Part shown: positions 26,023 to 40,300 of the stretch, piece after piece
Layout: every line of letters begins with the position of its first letter
Position numbering within the stretch: position 1 is the first letter of the stretch
From: Haliotis rufescens
Taxonomy: Eukaryota
Reading direction: 5' to 3'
Assembly: GCF_023055435.1 (NCBI RefSeq)
Contig: NW_025964112.1
Location: 8,804,001-8,868,000 of the forward strand
Length of the DNA: 64,000 bases
Position numbers and translations under genes: made by a program
Notes under the pieces: generated by a model
The model's database searches: none
What the model was told of the DNA's origin: nothing
What the model saw: only the letters and a program-made list of their open reading frames with translations

Positions 26023-28250
26023 TCACCCCTGAGATACTCCAACTCTCGAATATATAAATGCGAGTACTGTCATTAACATTGAAGCCACACGTTTGCCAGC
26101 CCGGCTCTTAGGGATGGGTGTGGTCGTCCTTCCCCCCTGCACACAGGGGGCGGGGACCTGGGATGACAGCAGGTGCGTGTACAGTTCAGCAGTGCTTGGA
26201 CCACAGGATTCCACAGAGGCTTTCATGCAGTCGGTGAAGGTTTGGATGATACTGTTGGGTACAAAAAAAAGTAAATTAAGTTCATACACTTTCAACCCCT
26301 TGCTCCATGTTCCAATCTCGGATCCCCCGTGAAGTTCCGTGTTAGAATTTGGGCTTTTCGTAAGACTATCGGGATCTGGTTGTTAGGCTCGCTGCCTTGG
26401 TTGTCGCATGCCATCGTATCCTAATTGCGTAAATCGATTCTCATGATGTCAATCACTGGCTTGTCAATATCGTGAGGTTAAAGGAGATTGTACGTACATC
26501 AGAAATATACATATTTATGTTACTCCGAAATCAGTTGTAAATCAATGTACATTCTCTTGCCAAATACCCCGAGTTCTGTCTGATTGTTGACAACTTTTGG
26601 TATATCACTTGCCAGGGGATAAATCCAAGAACAGGTATTACGGCAGCTCGGTGGTTTACGACGACACACTATAGCTGCCAGAATCCGGTCGTTGTGTGTT
26701 CGAATCCCGGGTTTGAAAGCATTAGGACCGGGACACTGAGCACTGTTACACATTCATATTCAAGTTATAGAGTCTGGCCACCCTTTAGGACAATAGAGGA
26801 CCAATCTTACAATGGAATCCCCACGGGTCTGTTTTATCCATCACTAACAGTAAATTATTGACCATTTTCACATAACTACAAAGCAGTAAGAAAACGTACA
26901 ACTTAAAAATGTTATCCATAGAGTTGTTCGTTTACTTCTTACACACCAACCTCTAGAATGTCAATCAAACAGCTACAAAGCAGCACATGTTTTAATAATG
27001 CAATGGTCAGACATATCCTCAATCAACATTTTATCTATCTACCTGCACATTTGCTCGGGCGTGCTGGAATTAACCATCCATTTCTCACAGGTGCTCTGGT
27101 CGGCGTTCATCACACAACCGGAGGCAAATTCTAGAACAACAACATACGATAAACTCTAACTCGATGTCCAAATCTATGTCACTATTGTTCAATCAATTTT
27201 AAAGGTATTTTTCCTTGATTGAAATGTCTTTCTTAAAGAAATATACAAACTAAAATCTGAACAACTAATAACTGAGCTACTATATGAAAAGTGCCACTGC
27301 GCTGTAGCTCACCTGGATATGTAATTTATAATGCCAACAAAGACAGCCACAAAAATTAATATTTAAATATTTTCTGCTTAAATTCTAAACTCTGCATAAA
27401 TACTGATTTAAACAGAATCCTATGGAAAAAAGTGTATGTCAAAGATAAGCTACCTGCCTGGCGATTTTAGAAGAGACGAAGTTTACGGAGACAGATATGC
27501 ATTTTGAGAGATTTTAAGAGCATGGTAAAAACAAGGTCAACATATGAACCATTGCATGACACCACAAACTAAACAATTACAACATTTCATTACATTTTGT
27601 ACAAAAATGACCGAGTAATGGCCGTGAATATATTTGTCAATATGGTTGCTTTGCCCTGCTCTACCGGTAGCAGCCGCCACTGACACGATTTGCAAAAGAA
27701 TGTGCTTCCCTGTGGTGTCTCACACTTGCCGTATTATCATTTTTGTCATGTCAATGATACATGTGTTGAAAATACTAATTCTGAAAAAGACAATCAGCGA
27801 CACAAGAGAAAGGAGAAAAGTTGTGCATCTTCAGCATAAAATGTCTCAGAAATGTCATATATTGCTAGTGTGCAACTAAAGCAAAAGTTGAAAGAAAACA
27901 TAATTCAAAAGGTCAACGCCAGAGAACAACCAGTCTCGAATATCTACCGAAACATATCGAAAAATGTATGTCAAAACAATGAACATTTGTGTTTTAGCGT
28001 TTGTATTACACCTACTATCAAAATCCTTGTGTTCGCAAAATGAGGTCATTCCGAGAGTGGTAGAATAGGGGTCAGCAAACAGGTGTCGCTTGGACGGACT
28101 GCACTGTGTCAGGACAGCAAGGGTACAGCTGACAGCGTTATGGTAGGCTGACATGTTGCTGAGAAGGCAAATAAACAATGTTACATGAGAAACCGTGAAC
28201 AGAATGCCCCCACACGCACTCACACGCACACACGCACGCACGCACTCAAG

Positions 28251-28303
<53 letters not shown>

Positions 28304-31300
28304 CACTAATCGGTAGGTAGAAACTATAAAATTGTCATAAGAAAGAAACCAGAAACCATTAAAAGCAACCCGTAGTGCAAGCATGCAATACCAATTGCAT
28401 TAAATGCTTTCAACCCCTATTATATAAAAGATATTTAAAAATCGGATTAAGAAAATGTCGTTCATTACGAACCCACTGTGTTCTTCGAGTATTATGTTAT
28501 ATTTTCAACATGACAATGTGACTTTTACCTGCACATGTCTCTATATCGGGACACTGTGAGACGTTTCAGTATGTAATCCGTTGTTTCTTCTGGTGATGAC
28601 AACTGAGGCACTTCAAGGTAAATACCATGGTACAATAAGCAGTCAAGAGCTCCGTCCTGTATCCCTTTAGTCGTTGAACAGTCCACGCGGTGCGTATGTC
28701 CATTTGAGAGTTCAACTGTTGTATCTGTGGTCATAGATCGCAAGGAATAATTATTCAAATGCTTACAAATGTAACCTTCACAAATACCGACAAAACGCCG
28801 CGATTTTGCTTCATCTATCCCTAGAAGGGGATGCCTAAGTGTCCTATCCCTGAATATCACTATGATGTTTTATATAAGGCAGTTTATGCATTTCATATTG
28901 TTTTCTCTGTAAACCTCAGATTTACAGAGGATTTCATTTGTGAAACGGCTCATAATTGTTTCAAAAGACTCATGAATGATGCAGATTATTTGTGACACAC
29001 ACAAAGAAAAGAACATGCATGTGTGGAAATTATCTTGACTTTACTACAAAATGTTGAAATCGTACGCGCTGGCCGTGTAACATTTCTTGAACTCTCTTAT
29101 CAAAGTGGTCCAACACCTTTNNNNNNNNNNNNNNNNNNNNNNNNNNNNNNNNNNNNNNNNNNNNNNNNNNNNNNNNNNNNNNNNNNNNNNNNNNNNNNNN
29201 NNNNNNNNNNNNNNNNNNNNNNNNNNNNNNNNNNNNNNNNNNNNNNNNNNNNNNNNNNNNNNNNNNNNNNNNNNNNNNNNNNNNNNNNNNNNNNNNNNNN
29301 NNNNTACCTGGTTCATTTTTACAGCCGGTATCATTCCTCGTTTGATCTTCGTAGATGCGTACTGCAGCATCGCCACATAACCGCAGCAGTGGATATGAAC
29401 AAGCATCAGTCTTAGCCTGCATCCTAGGATTAAGTGAGTTACCTTTTAATGGCATATCACATAAATTTGTGAGGAAAGCACAGGTGATGCAGATCCTAGA
29501 CGTTTACCATTTTGGTAAAACCGGATATAGTTTTGAGACAATCTGATACAGAACACCGCTCTTGATCAGGAGATTCTGACCCATGATCCGCGGATCTGGC
29601 TGTCACGGGTAAGAGACGCAGCACTGCACATTGAGCCGATCCTTAGACCACTGGGCTACTTATGCCCCTTGCAGTATTGGAAGACCAGCACGGGAGTAGG
29701 GAGTGAACCTTTTATTGCTTACCTTTGATAGATACATTACATATGAATCGAAACCTATCAGAGCCTACTCCATACTTACACTTAAAGTATACTAGAAAAT
29801 ATAAATTAAACGTTTTTTGTGAAATACAGCGGTTGAGTAATGAATTTAGTTAACTCCGCAGTCAGTGTCACAGCTATGTCACGAGGGCCTGTAAGTAATA
29901 CTGAGCCGGGACCAGGCTAACAAAGGAGTGAAAGCATGACCAAAGATCTACAACTCCGGGGTGCGATGAAGCAATGAGACAAGTCATAGATGACCACCTT
30001 TCCGAATTCAGTAAGGTGTAAGGTAAGGTACTGCGGGCCTTTTTATTGCTCTTATTGCTAGTAACGTAGCGAAATATCAAATGTTAAAATCAGAAAGTAA
30101 TCAGTCTTGATTATCCGTCAATACAGATTCAAGTGGGCGTAAAAAACAAAATAGCGGTGATAAACATATGAATGGATCACCGAAAACAATTGATGATGTT
30201 CACACACACACACACATAGACACACACACACGCGCGTGCACACGCACACACANNNNNNNNNNNNNNNNNNNNNNNNNNNNNNNNNNNNNNNNNNNNNNNN
30301 NNNNNNNNNNNNNNNNNNNNNNNNNNNNNNNNNNNNNNNNNNNNNNNNNNNNNNNNNNNNNNNNNNNNNNNNNNNNNNNNNNNNNNNGTTTATTTGTTAG
30401 CTGTAAATGATTTGAGTGTTTCAACCATATGGGAGTGACTGTGTTAGGGATTAGATCAGTTCAGGTCAGTCTATTCTGAACAGGAATACACGCCTAAGAA
30501 GTGTGGTCGTGTGGTCTATTACATGCAATGTTCGAAGCATTATGTGCTTAATAATGTATAGTTAATGTAACAACTGACAGTCAACTGTCAACTTACAAAC
30601 ACGTATCTGTTTCACTTCCACCAAATTCTTGCACGGCTTGTCGTGAACACTCATTAAGTTGAGTAAATAAAGAGTATACACAGGCGACAGGACTACCTGC
30701 AACAAAAGCAAAAAACTAAGACGGGAGACAAGGATTACTGATACAACGTAGACATAATCAGTCATAAATAATCATATTCCATTTTTTTTACATTTATTAT
30801 TTGTGTCTATCAGTGGTCTACTATACTAACAGAAAAAGTAACTGTGCTTCATATAAAGTTCAAAAGAATTAATTTATTCAAAATCTTTCAATACATATTC
30901 ATGAAGATATCTCCTCCACTTGAAGGTCGTGATACACAGTTTGCAAGTGCATGTTAATGTACGGTGCACAATTTGGATGTTTGTGTGTTTGTTTGCATGA
31001 TACTGCTACACGTGTATTTTTAACGTGAACATCATGTAAGGCTTGTTTAGCTATCAGATCCTCATAAAGACACTTCTCTTTAAAATTGATAACCTTTATG
31101 CAATACCATGGCTTGCTGAAACTCAACGTGTGTGCTCTGTGGGTATGAGTGAGTGAGTGAGTTGGGTTTGACGCCGCTTTTAACAGTATTCCAGTTATAT
31201 CGCGGCGTGTCAGCTTCATGTGGGAGGAAAGGCCGATTTGATGCAGGTCTCAGACATTTATCACTTCGGTGAAACCCACGAGCACGGATATGGTACTGAC

Positions 31301-34300
31301 AAACCTAGAAACATAATCGGGGCGAACCAGGATTCGAACCCACAATCATAGGTTTCTGGCGTGCCCAAGGGACGCAACTCTGCACAGCGAATCGCGGCGC
31401 CTTAAACGGCTGGGCCATACAGGAATGGCGCAAAACGAAGTTGCCAGACATTTTAATGTTCATCGAAACACAATATCATCTCTTTGGTGGCGTTATCTAT
31501 AGGAGGTCAACACTCGCCAAGGTGTCATTCATCTACGTGTGACGTCACGTCAACAAGACAACCATATTCGGTTGGTGCATTATGGAATTGATACCAAACT
31601 GCCACATCTGGGTTGAGATCAATTTATGGCAGTACCGTACGCAACCGGTTGAGGGAGCTCAACATCCGACCCCGACGTCCATCGATACGCCCAATTTTGC
31701 TTCCCCGTCACCGTCCGGCACGCCTAACTTGGAATAGCTGAGGTTCAAAAGACAAGACTGTGACAGTAAACTATTCCACAGATAAGTTTCCAGGAAAGCT
31801 CTGATGGTCGTGCAAGGGACTACATGCTGCCAGGAGAACCTGGCAGCATAAATTGTTGTACTTCCATGGCCGGCTGTTTCTCCAGACCTCTCGACCATAA
31901 ACGTGTTTTGGATGAAATAGTGAGACACCTACGACAGGACCAGAACCAGCTGGTAACGCTAGCTCAGTTGGGCAGAATTATTGATTGACATTTGGAACAA
32001 AGTGCCCATGCTGTTTTCAATCATCTGGTGTCTTCAATGCACCGCCTCGTCTATATCAACGCAAATGGTGGTCACGCCCGATATTGACATTGTCAATGTA
32101 ATTGCCTCTTTAAGGGCATGTCGCTCTGTTTAATGTCACCAGGCGTCAATGAATTTGTTATGATAAAACTTTGATCAGGCGAATGACCAAATATTCTCTA
32201 AATTCTTAGTACATTCTTACTTTAATTCGTTAGGTTAAAAGTGATTAAGAATCTTTTGATCGTTTTCACGTTTTCAATCTTACTTGATAGAAACGAACAT
32301 GTTGCATTCAACTGCTGCGAGTTATCCGATGTACTGTAGGCCGCAATGGGTATACTCCTGTTATCATCGCAGCTGTATATGATGTACTGGAGGCAGCGAA
32401 CAACTTTGGAGTAATCCTCAGTATTTCTAGTGGGGAAAAAGGACGAGAAAAATGTCATGTCATTAACTTATAAAATGTAGCTCTAGGCCGGTGTTATCTC
32501 CATGCATTGGACAGTTTCTTTTCGATTTTTGATTCTAGAACGGTTTCTTTCATTATTGTCATTCCTATATTTTAACATTGTACCACAATGCTGTACTAGA
32601 TCTATTTGTCCACAATGGCCCTGACTCACACAAAATAATACAATATGAAAAGTGCCACATCTTTGATATTTCAGGGCCCTGCGATTCTGGAATAGAATTC
32701 GTTCTCAAAAGAAAAAAAAACAAACACATTTTTTTTGTAAATTCATTGTACCTAATGAAATCGATATATCTAGTTTAATATCATAGATACAAATATGAAA
32801 TGTTGGAGCTCGATAGTCACATGTTGTCGTTGTACAAAGGAATTGAAAACTGTTCATTGTCATGTCACATAAGGCCACAAGGTGACGCTAAACTCAGTAT
32901 CTCGTGTGACCGCCCGGGCAGCGATCGCGGCTGTGCATCTACTCGGCACTGACTTGATAATTGTACGAATTATGTCCTGCGGAATTCTGCGCCAGTCTGC
33001 TAGTAAGGCGTTGGCCATTTGTTGGAGTGTCTGCGGCGTGTTCTGACGTTGACGTACACATCGATCGAGTTCATCCTAGAGGTGTTCGATTGGGTTGAGA
33101 TATGGATATCTCGACGGCCAGGGCAAGCCGTTGATGTTGGCATTATGAAGGTAGTCTAACATGACACGAGCTGTTTGCAGTGGAGCGTTGTCCTGTTGAC
33201 ACCCGAATGCCATAACTTTCTCCTCCGATTTGCTTTACTGTTTTCCTCCATGAAATTTTTGAACAAGTGTGAAAACAATGCCGTTTAATACATTGCAAAT
33301 CGACAATGGCTGCGTTTTGACGTACCCATTTGTCGAATATCAGGCAACCAACATTTTCCAACATACATCCAATTTATATACCGGATCTTTTGTGTAGTCA
33401 GGTTCAATGAACTACATACTACCTGTGCGTTTCTTTTTTTGAAGAGTGTATGTTTCCAGCAACCTATGCTGGCCGTAAGAGGCGACCAAATGGATCCAGT
33501 GGTTAGAATCGGTGACTTGGTTAAGAGCGTGTCATTGTACCCGAAGGCGTGGGTTGTTATTCGCAATATCTTAGTCATTCTTTACGAATTTTTATGTTAA
33601 ATTTAATCCAATTTTACTTTATGGTGCTGAAATATGGGAATTAAAACAATTTAATTATATCGAAAAGGTTCACTTGTATGCATGTGAAAGGTCTCTTGGT
33701 GTAAAAACCAACACATCTAGAGCAATGGTTTATGGAGAATGTGGTAGATTCCTCTATTGATATATTCACAGCTAAACGTTATTAAGTACTGACTGAAACT
33801 CCTTAAAATGAATTCATCGAGGTACTCTTGGAAATGTTACAACATGATGATGTTATAGAATACGAATGGAAAGAATAACTGGGTAACCGATGTGCAAAAA
33901 TTGTTATTCAATGGTGGTTTTGGAAATTTCTGATTGTACAATTTGAAAGTGTATTTATCAGTTCTTTTCTACAGAGGGTAATAGACATTTATTTGCAATC
34001 ATGGTCATTTTCCTTGACATTATCGAACAAATTCTTATATTATAGAATTTTGAAAATGCATATGTACACTGAATTCTATCTGTTTTATGTAAATATTCCT
34101 CATTCCTTGGTAATATTTCGATGTTATCCCATGATTTATGCATCGAGAGTGGAAGATATACAAAACCTCCAAATGTGAAATAGCCAGGGTATAGAGGTTT
34201 TTACTTGTATGTCCATTGTACTCCACTGCGAGAAAAAATATTTTCCTGTATACTACTTTAATGATCAAAGATCAATCAATTTGGAAATTCCGACAATTCC

Positions 34301-37300
34301 GAAAAAAACTTGGCCATATATATATATACTCCGCACTGATATACAGGACCTAATTTGTAAATAATAGTTCAAATTGTGCTTAACACTTCTGCCATATGTT
34401 CTATGGGCCTGTGGCTCTGTGACCTTTTAAGTGCTCGAATAAAGATTGATTGATTGAATATATATCAATCACTGGATTGTCCAGATTCGATTATTTACAG
34501 GCCACGGTAATATATAGCTTGAATGTTGCCGAGTGAGGCGTTAAAAATAAATAAACAAACAAACAATTGTTATTTCAAGCGAGGGTTTACGGTTCATGTA
34601 CACATTCCATTTGTCTTATCAATTAAACATGTTACCTGGTCCGCATGATCACCTGAGTTACTGTAGAGCTTACTGCCACTACACAGTATACTGCCCCTAG
34701 GAAGATCCGGGTTAGACTTGATCTTCAGTGCCCGAGAATTGTCGTGACAGACGACAAACGGGATCGGGTGGTCAGGACCACTAGCTTGGTTGATGCATGT
34801 AATCGTATCCCAGATCGAACACATGGCATCAATCACTGGAATGTCTGGTCCGGACATTATTTACAGACCACCACCATATAGCTGTAATATTGCTGAGTGC
34901 GACGCTAAAGAACAAACAAACAAACAGACAGACAGACTGACACAGCATACTCACTGGCACACTAATACAGTGTTGCTTATTAGAAGAGTGTTGGCCGCTA
35001 TGACAGCATTGTGGTCCCCAGTGGTCAGACTCTGAGGGTTCTGAATATTGAGCGGAAGATTGTGCATACTCAAGCATTGTTGTTGAGCTGCAAGCACGGC
35101 AGTTTGGTTCGAACACAGCAGGTTTGTCGTGAGAGCCTCTATTTCTGGAGTAACCGTCACAATACCTGTAAGGAGAATGAAGAGGTGATACGTTAATGGC
35201 TATTCTACCATAACACGGAAATATGCATGATTCTAGAAAATAAAATAAGATTCAAATCAGGTATCTAATTCCATTAGATACCTCAAAATTAACAAACCTT
35301 TAACACAAAAACTTTGTATATGAATACATCGATCTATTGATAACCCACATATCGATGCATATAACAATGACTGCCAATAACTTATTAGAACTGTATACGA
35401 TCGCTATCGGAACATTATCAGAATTTAAGCGACGACTTTGATCTTAACCTTGTGTCTCATTTCGCAATCGTCTTCAGTTCATGAGAGGCCGCATTCATCA
35501 TCTTCAGGGTGGTTCCGTTGGCAATGCGGTTGTGCCAGCAGGTTTCTAAAGCGCTCCGCTCCAAATTGACAAAAAGGGGTATCTAATCTACAGTTAGACT
35601 ACCTTAAATTACAAAACACAGAAGGGTTTATCTCGTAATTAGTTTTGTTTTGGAATAACAACTGTAAAGGAATCTGTTTTGTTTCAATCCGAATATTAGA
35701 CGCTATGAACCCGATCCATGGGTGGGTGATTTGGGTAAACATGCCGTCGTATGCCAGGAATGTTACTTTTTTTTATATGAATACACTTTTCGCGAACACG
35801 TGGTGTCATCACTGATTTTCAGTGACCTAGTATTGCAGTTCAATCAGTGAGGTCTGCTTAACGTTAGTAGTTTTCCACTTTGAAGTCGCGCACGGACATT
35901 GTGTTGTCCAATTAAGACAGCATGAATCTAGAATTCGAACACAAAATCAGCGTATCCTCAAGCAATCAAGAGGCTAGTGTGGTCTAGTGCATAGAGCGTC
36001 TTACCGGAGAACGGTAGGTTAGTGGTTCGATCCTTGGTCGCACTGTACAAGTAGACGTTAACATATGGTACATGTCGTCACCCTGCTTAGCATAAAATGA
36101 GTATTGGTGGGCTCGGAATCAGTATACTCTATCTGCGTCTACGTCGCTATATACGTGCAATGATCCTAAACGTCGACAACGTTAAACCCCATTACACCTC
36201 ACACCTAAGCTATGAAGAAACTCGGCGTTTTAGATGATAAGGCAATCAATCTCGAAAAGATGCGTTAAGTATTGTGAACTAAGTACATGTAATGGCTGGT
36301 TTCCCGAAGATTAATAACGCCAAAGTATCGATCAATGTCAAGGACACACAACCAAATGAATCATTTAGTTATTTGGTTTGATCGGGTGAAGGTTCAAACT
36401 GTGCCCCAAAGTCTTGAAATTTGAAATTCCGAACTATGAGATAATTTACCGGGGTCGTCTTCGACTAGGGTCCATTCAGTCATAAACCGTTTGACCGAGT
36501 GCTGTTCAATGCCCTAGAAGAAGACCCAAGCAGTGTCGACGAAGAACACACATTCGACATACATATCTGTTTGTTTGTTGTTTAACGCCGCATTCAGAAT
36601 AATTCCAACTATATGACGTGAGTCTGTAAATAATTGAGTCTGGACCAGATAATAGAGCGAATGATATCATAAGCATCGATCCATGCAATTGGGATACGAT
36701 GGCATGCATCAACCAAGTCAGCGAGCCTGACCACCCAATGTTAGTCGCCTCATACGAGTAGCATGGGTTGCTGAAGACATATTCTAACCCGGATTTTCAC
36801 GGGTCCGACATCTATGTACCTTGGTACGTTTGATCAACTGATGTTTGGTGTATGTCATAGATGTGGTGCGTGCAATCCAAACGTCCGAGACCATGGCGAC
36901 ACTACCCTGATTAGTAACATTTACACAGGGGAATACTACAGGGAAGTTGTATTATTTAGTAGTCTTTTACAGTTCCCAATATTACACAGTAGTAAGCCGT
37001 TTGCCTCAATTATTTCTCGACATTTATACACATATTTATACGCGGAACTGAACTGTTTTGCGCTCATACCTATACAACGGTATAAAAGGTGCTTATATAC
37101 TTATTTACCTACATTCATACATTTTAAGAAGTGTACAGTCATACATACATCTTAATAGTAAACACAGGTGTTATAGTGAGCCTTTAACACATATAATGTT
37201 AAGCGAGTGTGTGTTGAATCTATATATCATGTTTTCTGTTGCAAATATTGACTTATAGCGAGGAAATATTGGAACAGAATGCATCATTTTTTACTGATCA

Positions 37301-40300
37301 TTGCAAATACTGAAAAATGAGTTTTGTGATTTCTTTTGTTCCTGCCATATTTTTTTATGTTTGTATTCCCGTTTCAATAAAAGGATTGCAAACTCTGCAT
37401 TTAAAACGAGTTACTACAATCTGGGGAACACGATAACAGCATTAAAGCAACTCCCGATGAAGGGTGTACGAGTTTTATGCCGAACACACAGGTACAACAA
37501 TGCGGTTGTAATTAGCTTTGTGAAAAACATCCTTTGTTCAACTAAGGTAATATTAAACTGCGTGATCGACATACATATGTGACGCCATTCTATAACTGTT
37601 TAAACGATCCATTACCTTTCAGGAATAGAAAGTTGTTTGTCAATTAGTCATGTCTTCATTATCTTGAACACTAATTTCAATTTACGTACATTTGAAATTG
37701 ACGAAACTATTTTTTTTGACACAAATATAAAGTGAATGATTTCAAATGTCGCTTGCAGGGCTGGACGTGCATCGTATGATTTGACACAGGTTAAATAGGA
37801 TAGAATGAACGTATTAACATTTTTTAATATATGTCAAATCCTGAAAAATATTAAATAATATGTATAAATCTCTGCTACATTATGTTATTTGTAGAGATAT
37901 TCATACTAAATTATTTAGATAACCCTTTCACTAGAAAGACTTAAAACAGTAGAAACGTATGTATCCTTGTCTAGGGCTCTATACTATAAGCGAGGGAGCT
38001 TGGCGTATGTGTAGTAATGGGCAGTCAACTCCATCAACACAGCCAATCACAGGTAGGCTCAGAATTATTCGGTCACCACCCGTACGTACTCCATAACACA
38101 AGGTGATTTAAAGGGCAAAAAGTCAAACTGAGCAAAGTGTTTGAAATAAGGGAAAATCAATGTTTTGGTTCATTCCTGTTACATTTTAGAGATTGACATT
38201 TCACATACCAGCGTCATTGTCTCACTAAGTATGTACGTGACATTTCTTTATTCAGGGGTAGTATTATGCTTGTTTATGTTGTGACGTCAATAGGATGTCA
38301 AAAAGCAAACAAATGATATCAATAAACCAATACAATGTGGACAGATAAAAGTCTCTGACTGGTCAGTAGCGTGGCAATGTCAAGTCTTTGCACTTTGTAT
38401 GGGATGGACTGATCAAATACCTATCATAATGGCTGATGAAAACATCAGTCTCGAAACCGAAACATTCCGTAGGTCGAAAAGAGCAAAGCAGTGATTTCTG
38501 GTGTTCTCCGGAGTGATATTGCTTGAATATTGCTAAAAGCGGCGTAAAAACCTTACTCACTCACTCACTCACTACGGCTACAAAACTAATTCAGACACTA
38601 ATTCTAATGCAGCTCACATGAACTTTAACTGAATGATATATGCAATATCAATACGAATATAACAAGAAGTGTACGTTTTCATGTGGAAACATGGACATAG
38701 ATAGATGAAGCAAATTCTTCAGTAATGCTCACACCAAATCTAGTAATACCTCCATGGCGATTCCGCGTCAGAATAACCCAGAATGTTCCTCATGCTCGAG
38801 TTGACTAAAGGGGATTCGGTGGTACCCAGAAGGAGACGTTGCTGATGATGTTTGTTTGTTTGTTGTTTAACGGTCTGTAAAATAATCGAGTCCGGACCAG
38901 ACAATCCAGTGATTGACATCATGAACATTGATCCTCACAATTAGGATCGATGACATGTATCAACCAAGTCAGCGAGCCTGACCACCTGATCCCGTTCGCT
39001 CAAGCATAGTCGCCTTCCACGGTAAGTATGGGTTGCTGAAGACCTATTTTACCCCGGAATCTTCACGAGTCTGTTCATGATGTCAGCCACTGGTTTGTCT
39101 GTGGCAGACTGTTGTGATTATTGCTTACTACGACTAAAAAAATAAATAAAAAAGTCAAGCTATGAACATGTACTTACTTTCAACAATGGAGCAAGTAGCT
39201 GCCAGTCCCATACGTGTCTCGTTCTGCGTTGGCACAGTCTTTATAAAGGAGCCACCAAACCGGCACTTGTAGATGACGGCATACAGGCAGGTAGTAGCCT
39301 TGAGAGTAGCATCTGTAGAACTGGGAAATAAACATGATGTAGACACTGCAGTATCCTGCCAGACCATGTCTATGTAGATACTTACACCATTATGTACATG
39401 TGTATGTGTACTCCATCTTGATAACGGTGTAAGAATCTTCATCCCTTAATGCAAAAAAAAAGATTTGTTATCATTCGGACTACAACTTGTTTTGGAAGAC
39501 AGTTACCCTCTTCTTCTCGTTGAATACGACTGAAATGAAAGGCTCTGATTGGATACCAGGCCGTCAGGGTAGATCAAGTTACTGAACATGACCAGTGATG
39601 CATGAAGTCACTTCTTTCGACGAACATAGTTTGTTTGGGACCAATTCTAACCAGGAATCCCCAGAGGAGCGATAAAAAGTATACTCACTCACTCACTCAC
39701 ATTACTCAGAGAGGTAGCTTCCCTAAGACAGTTTGATATGTTTACATCTTAGTTACTAAATTATAGCACTTTTAATGCATCTGGTGGACACACTTTCAGC
39801 CTTTAAGTGAAAAACAACATAAGATGTATTTGTTATATTCCGAAAGAACATTTGTAATTTAGTGTTTATGTGTATTGAGGATGGTATGTAAGGATGTAAC
39901 TATTTATTTGTTATCTTTTCGGCTTAAACACAAATTCGGAAACGACAGAATCCAGTATTTAAGTGATGTTTACTTGTAACAGAATATGAACTGGGGATTA
40001 CTGTTGTTCTTATTATTGTACTGGCTCCTATCACCGATAATTGAATCAGTTATTGAAAATATGGTACATGGAATGCTTAGTTGACTGTATTGTTTAGTAG
40101 CAAATAAGTGTTGTGTACGTGATATATTCAAGGTGAAGAAAATAATGTCAAATGTTTGTTATCAAATTGAACATACAGTGAAACTGTCTCAACTTAAGGT
40201 GAGGTGAAATGGGGTTAAACGACGCTTCAAGACTGTTGCATAGATANNNNNNNNNNNNNNNNNNNNNNNNNNNNNNNNNNNNNNNNNNNNNNNNNNNNNN

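Larger units (their letters stand above)
14871..29590 (+). repeat. Segmental tandem duplication, copy 2
   Basis: Colinear with 1-14870 (LINE, gene A, 3' part of gene B). 14722-14870 matches 29452-29590. Confidence 0.9.

Noticed and set aside
29023-30424. ORFs spanning N runs and (CA)n tracts
   Set aside because: Artefacts of gaps and microsatellites; only 29423-29308 is supported as an exon.
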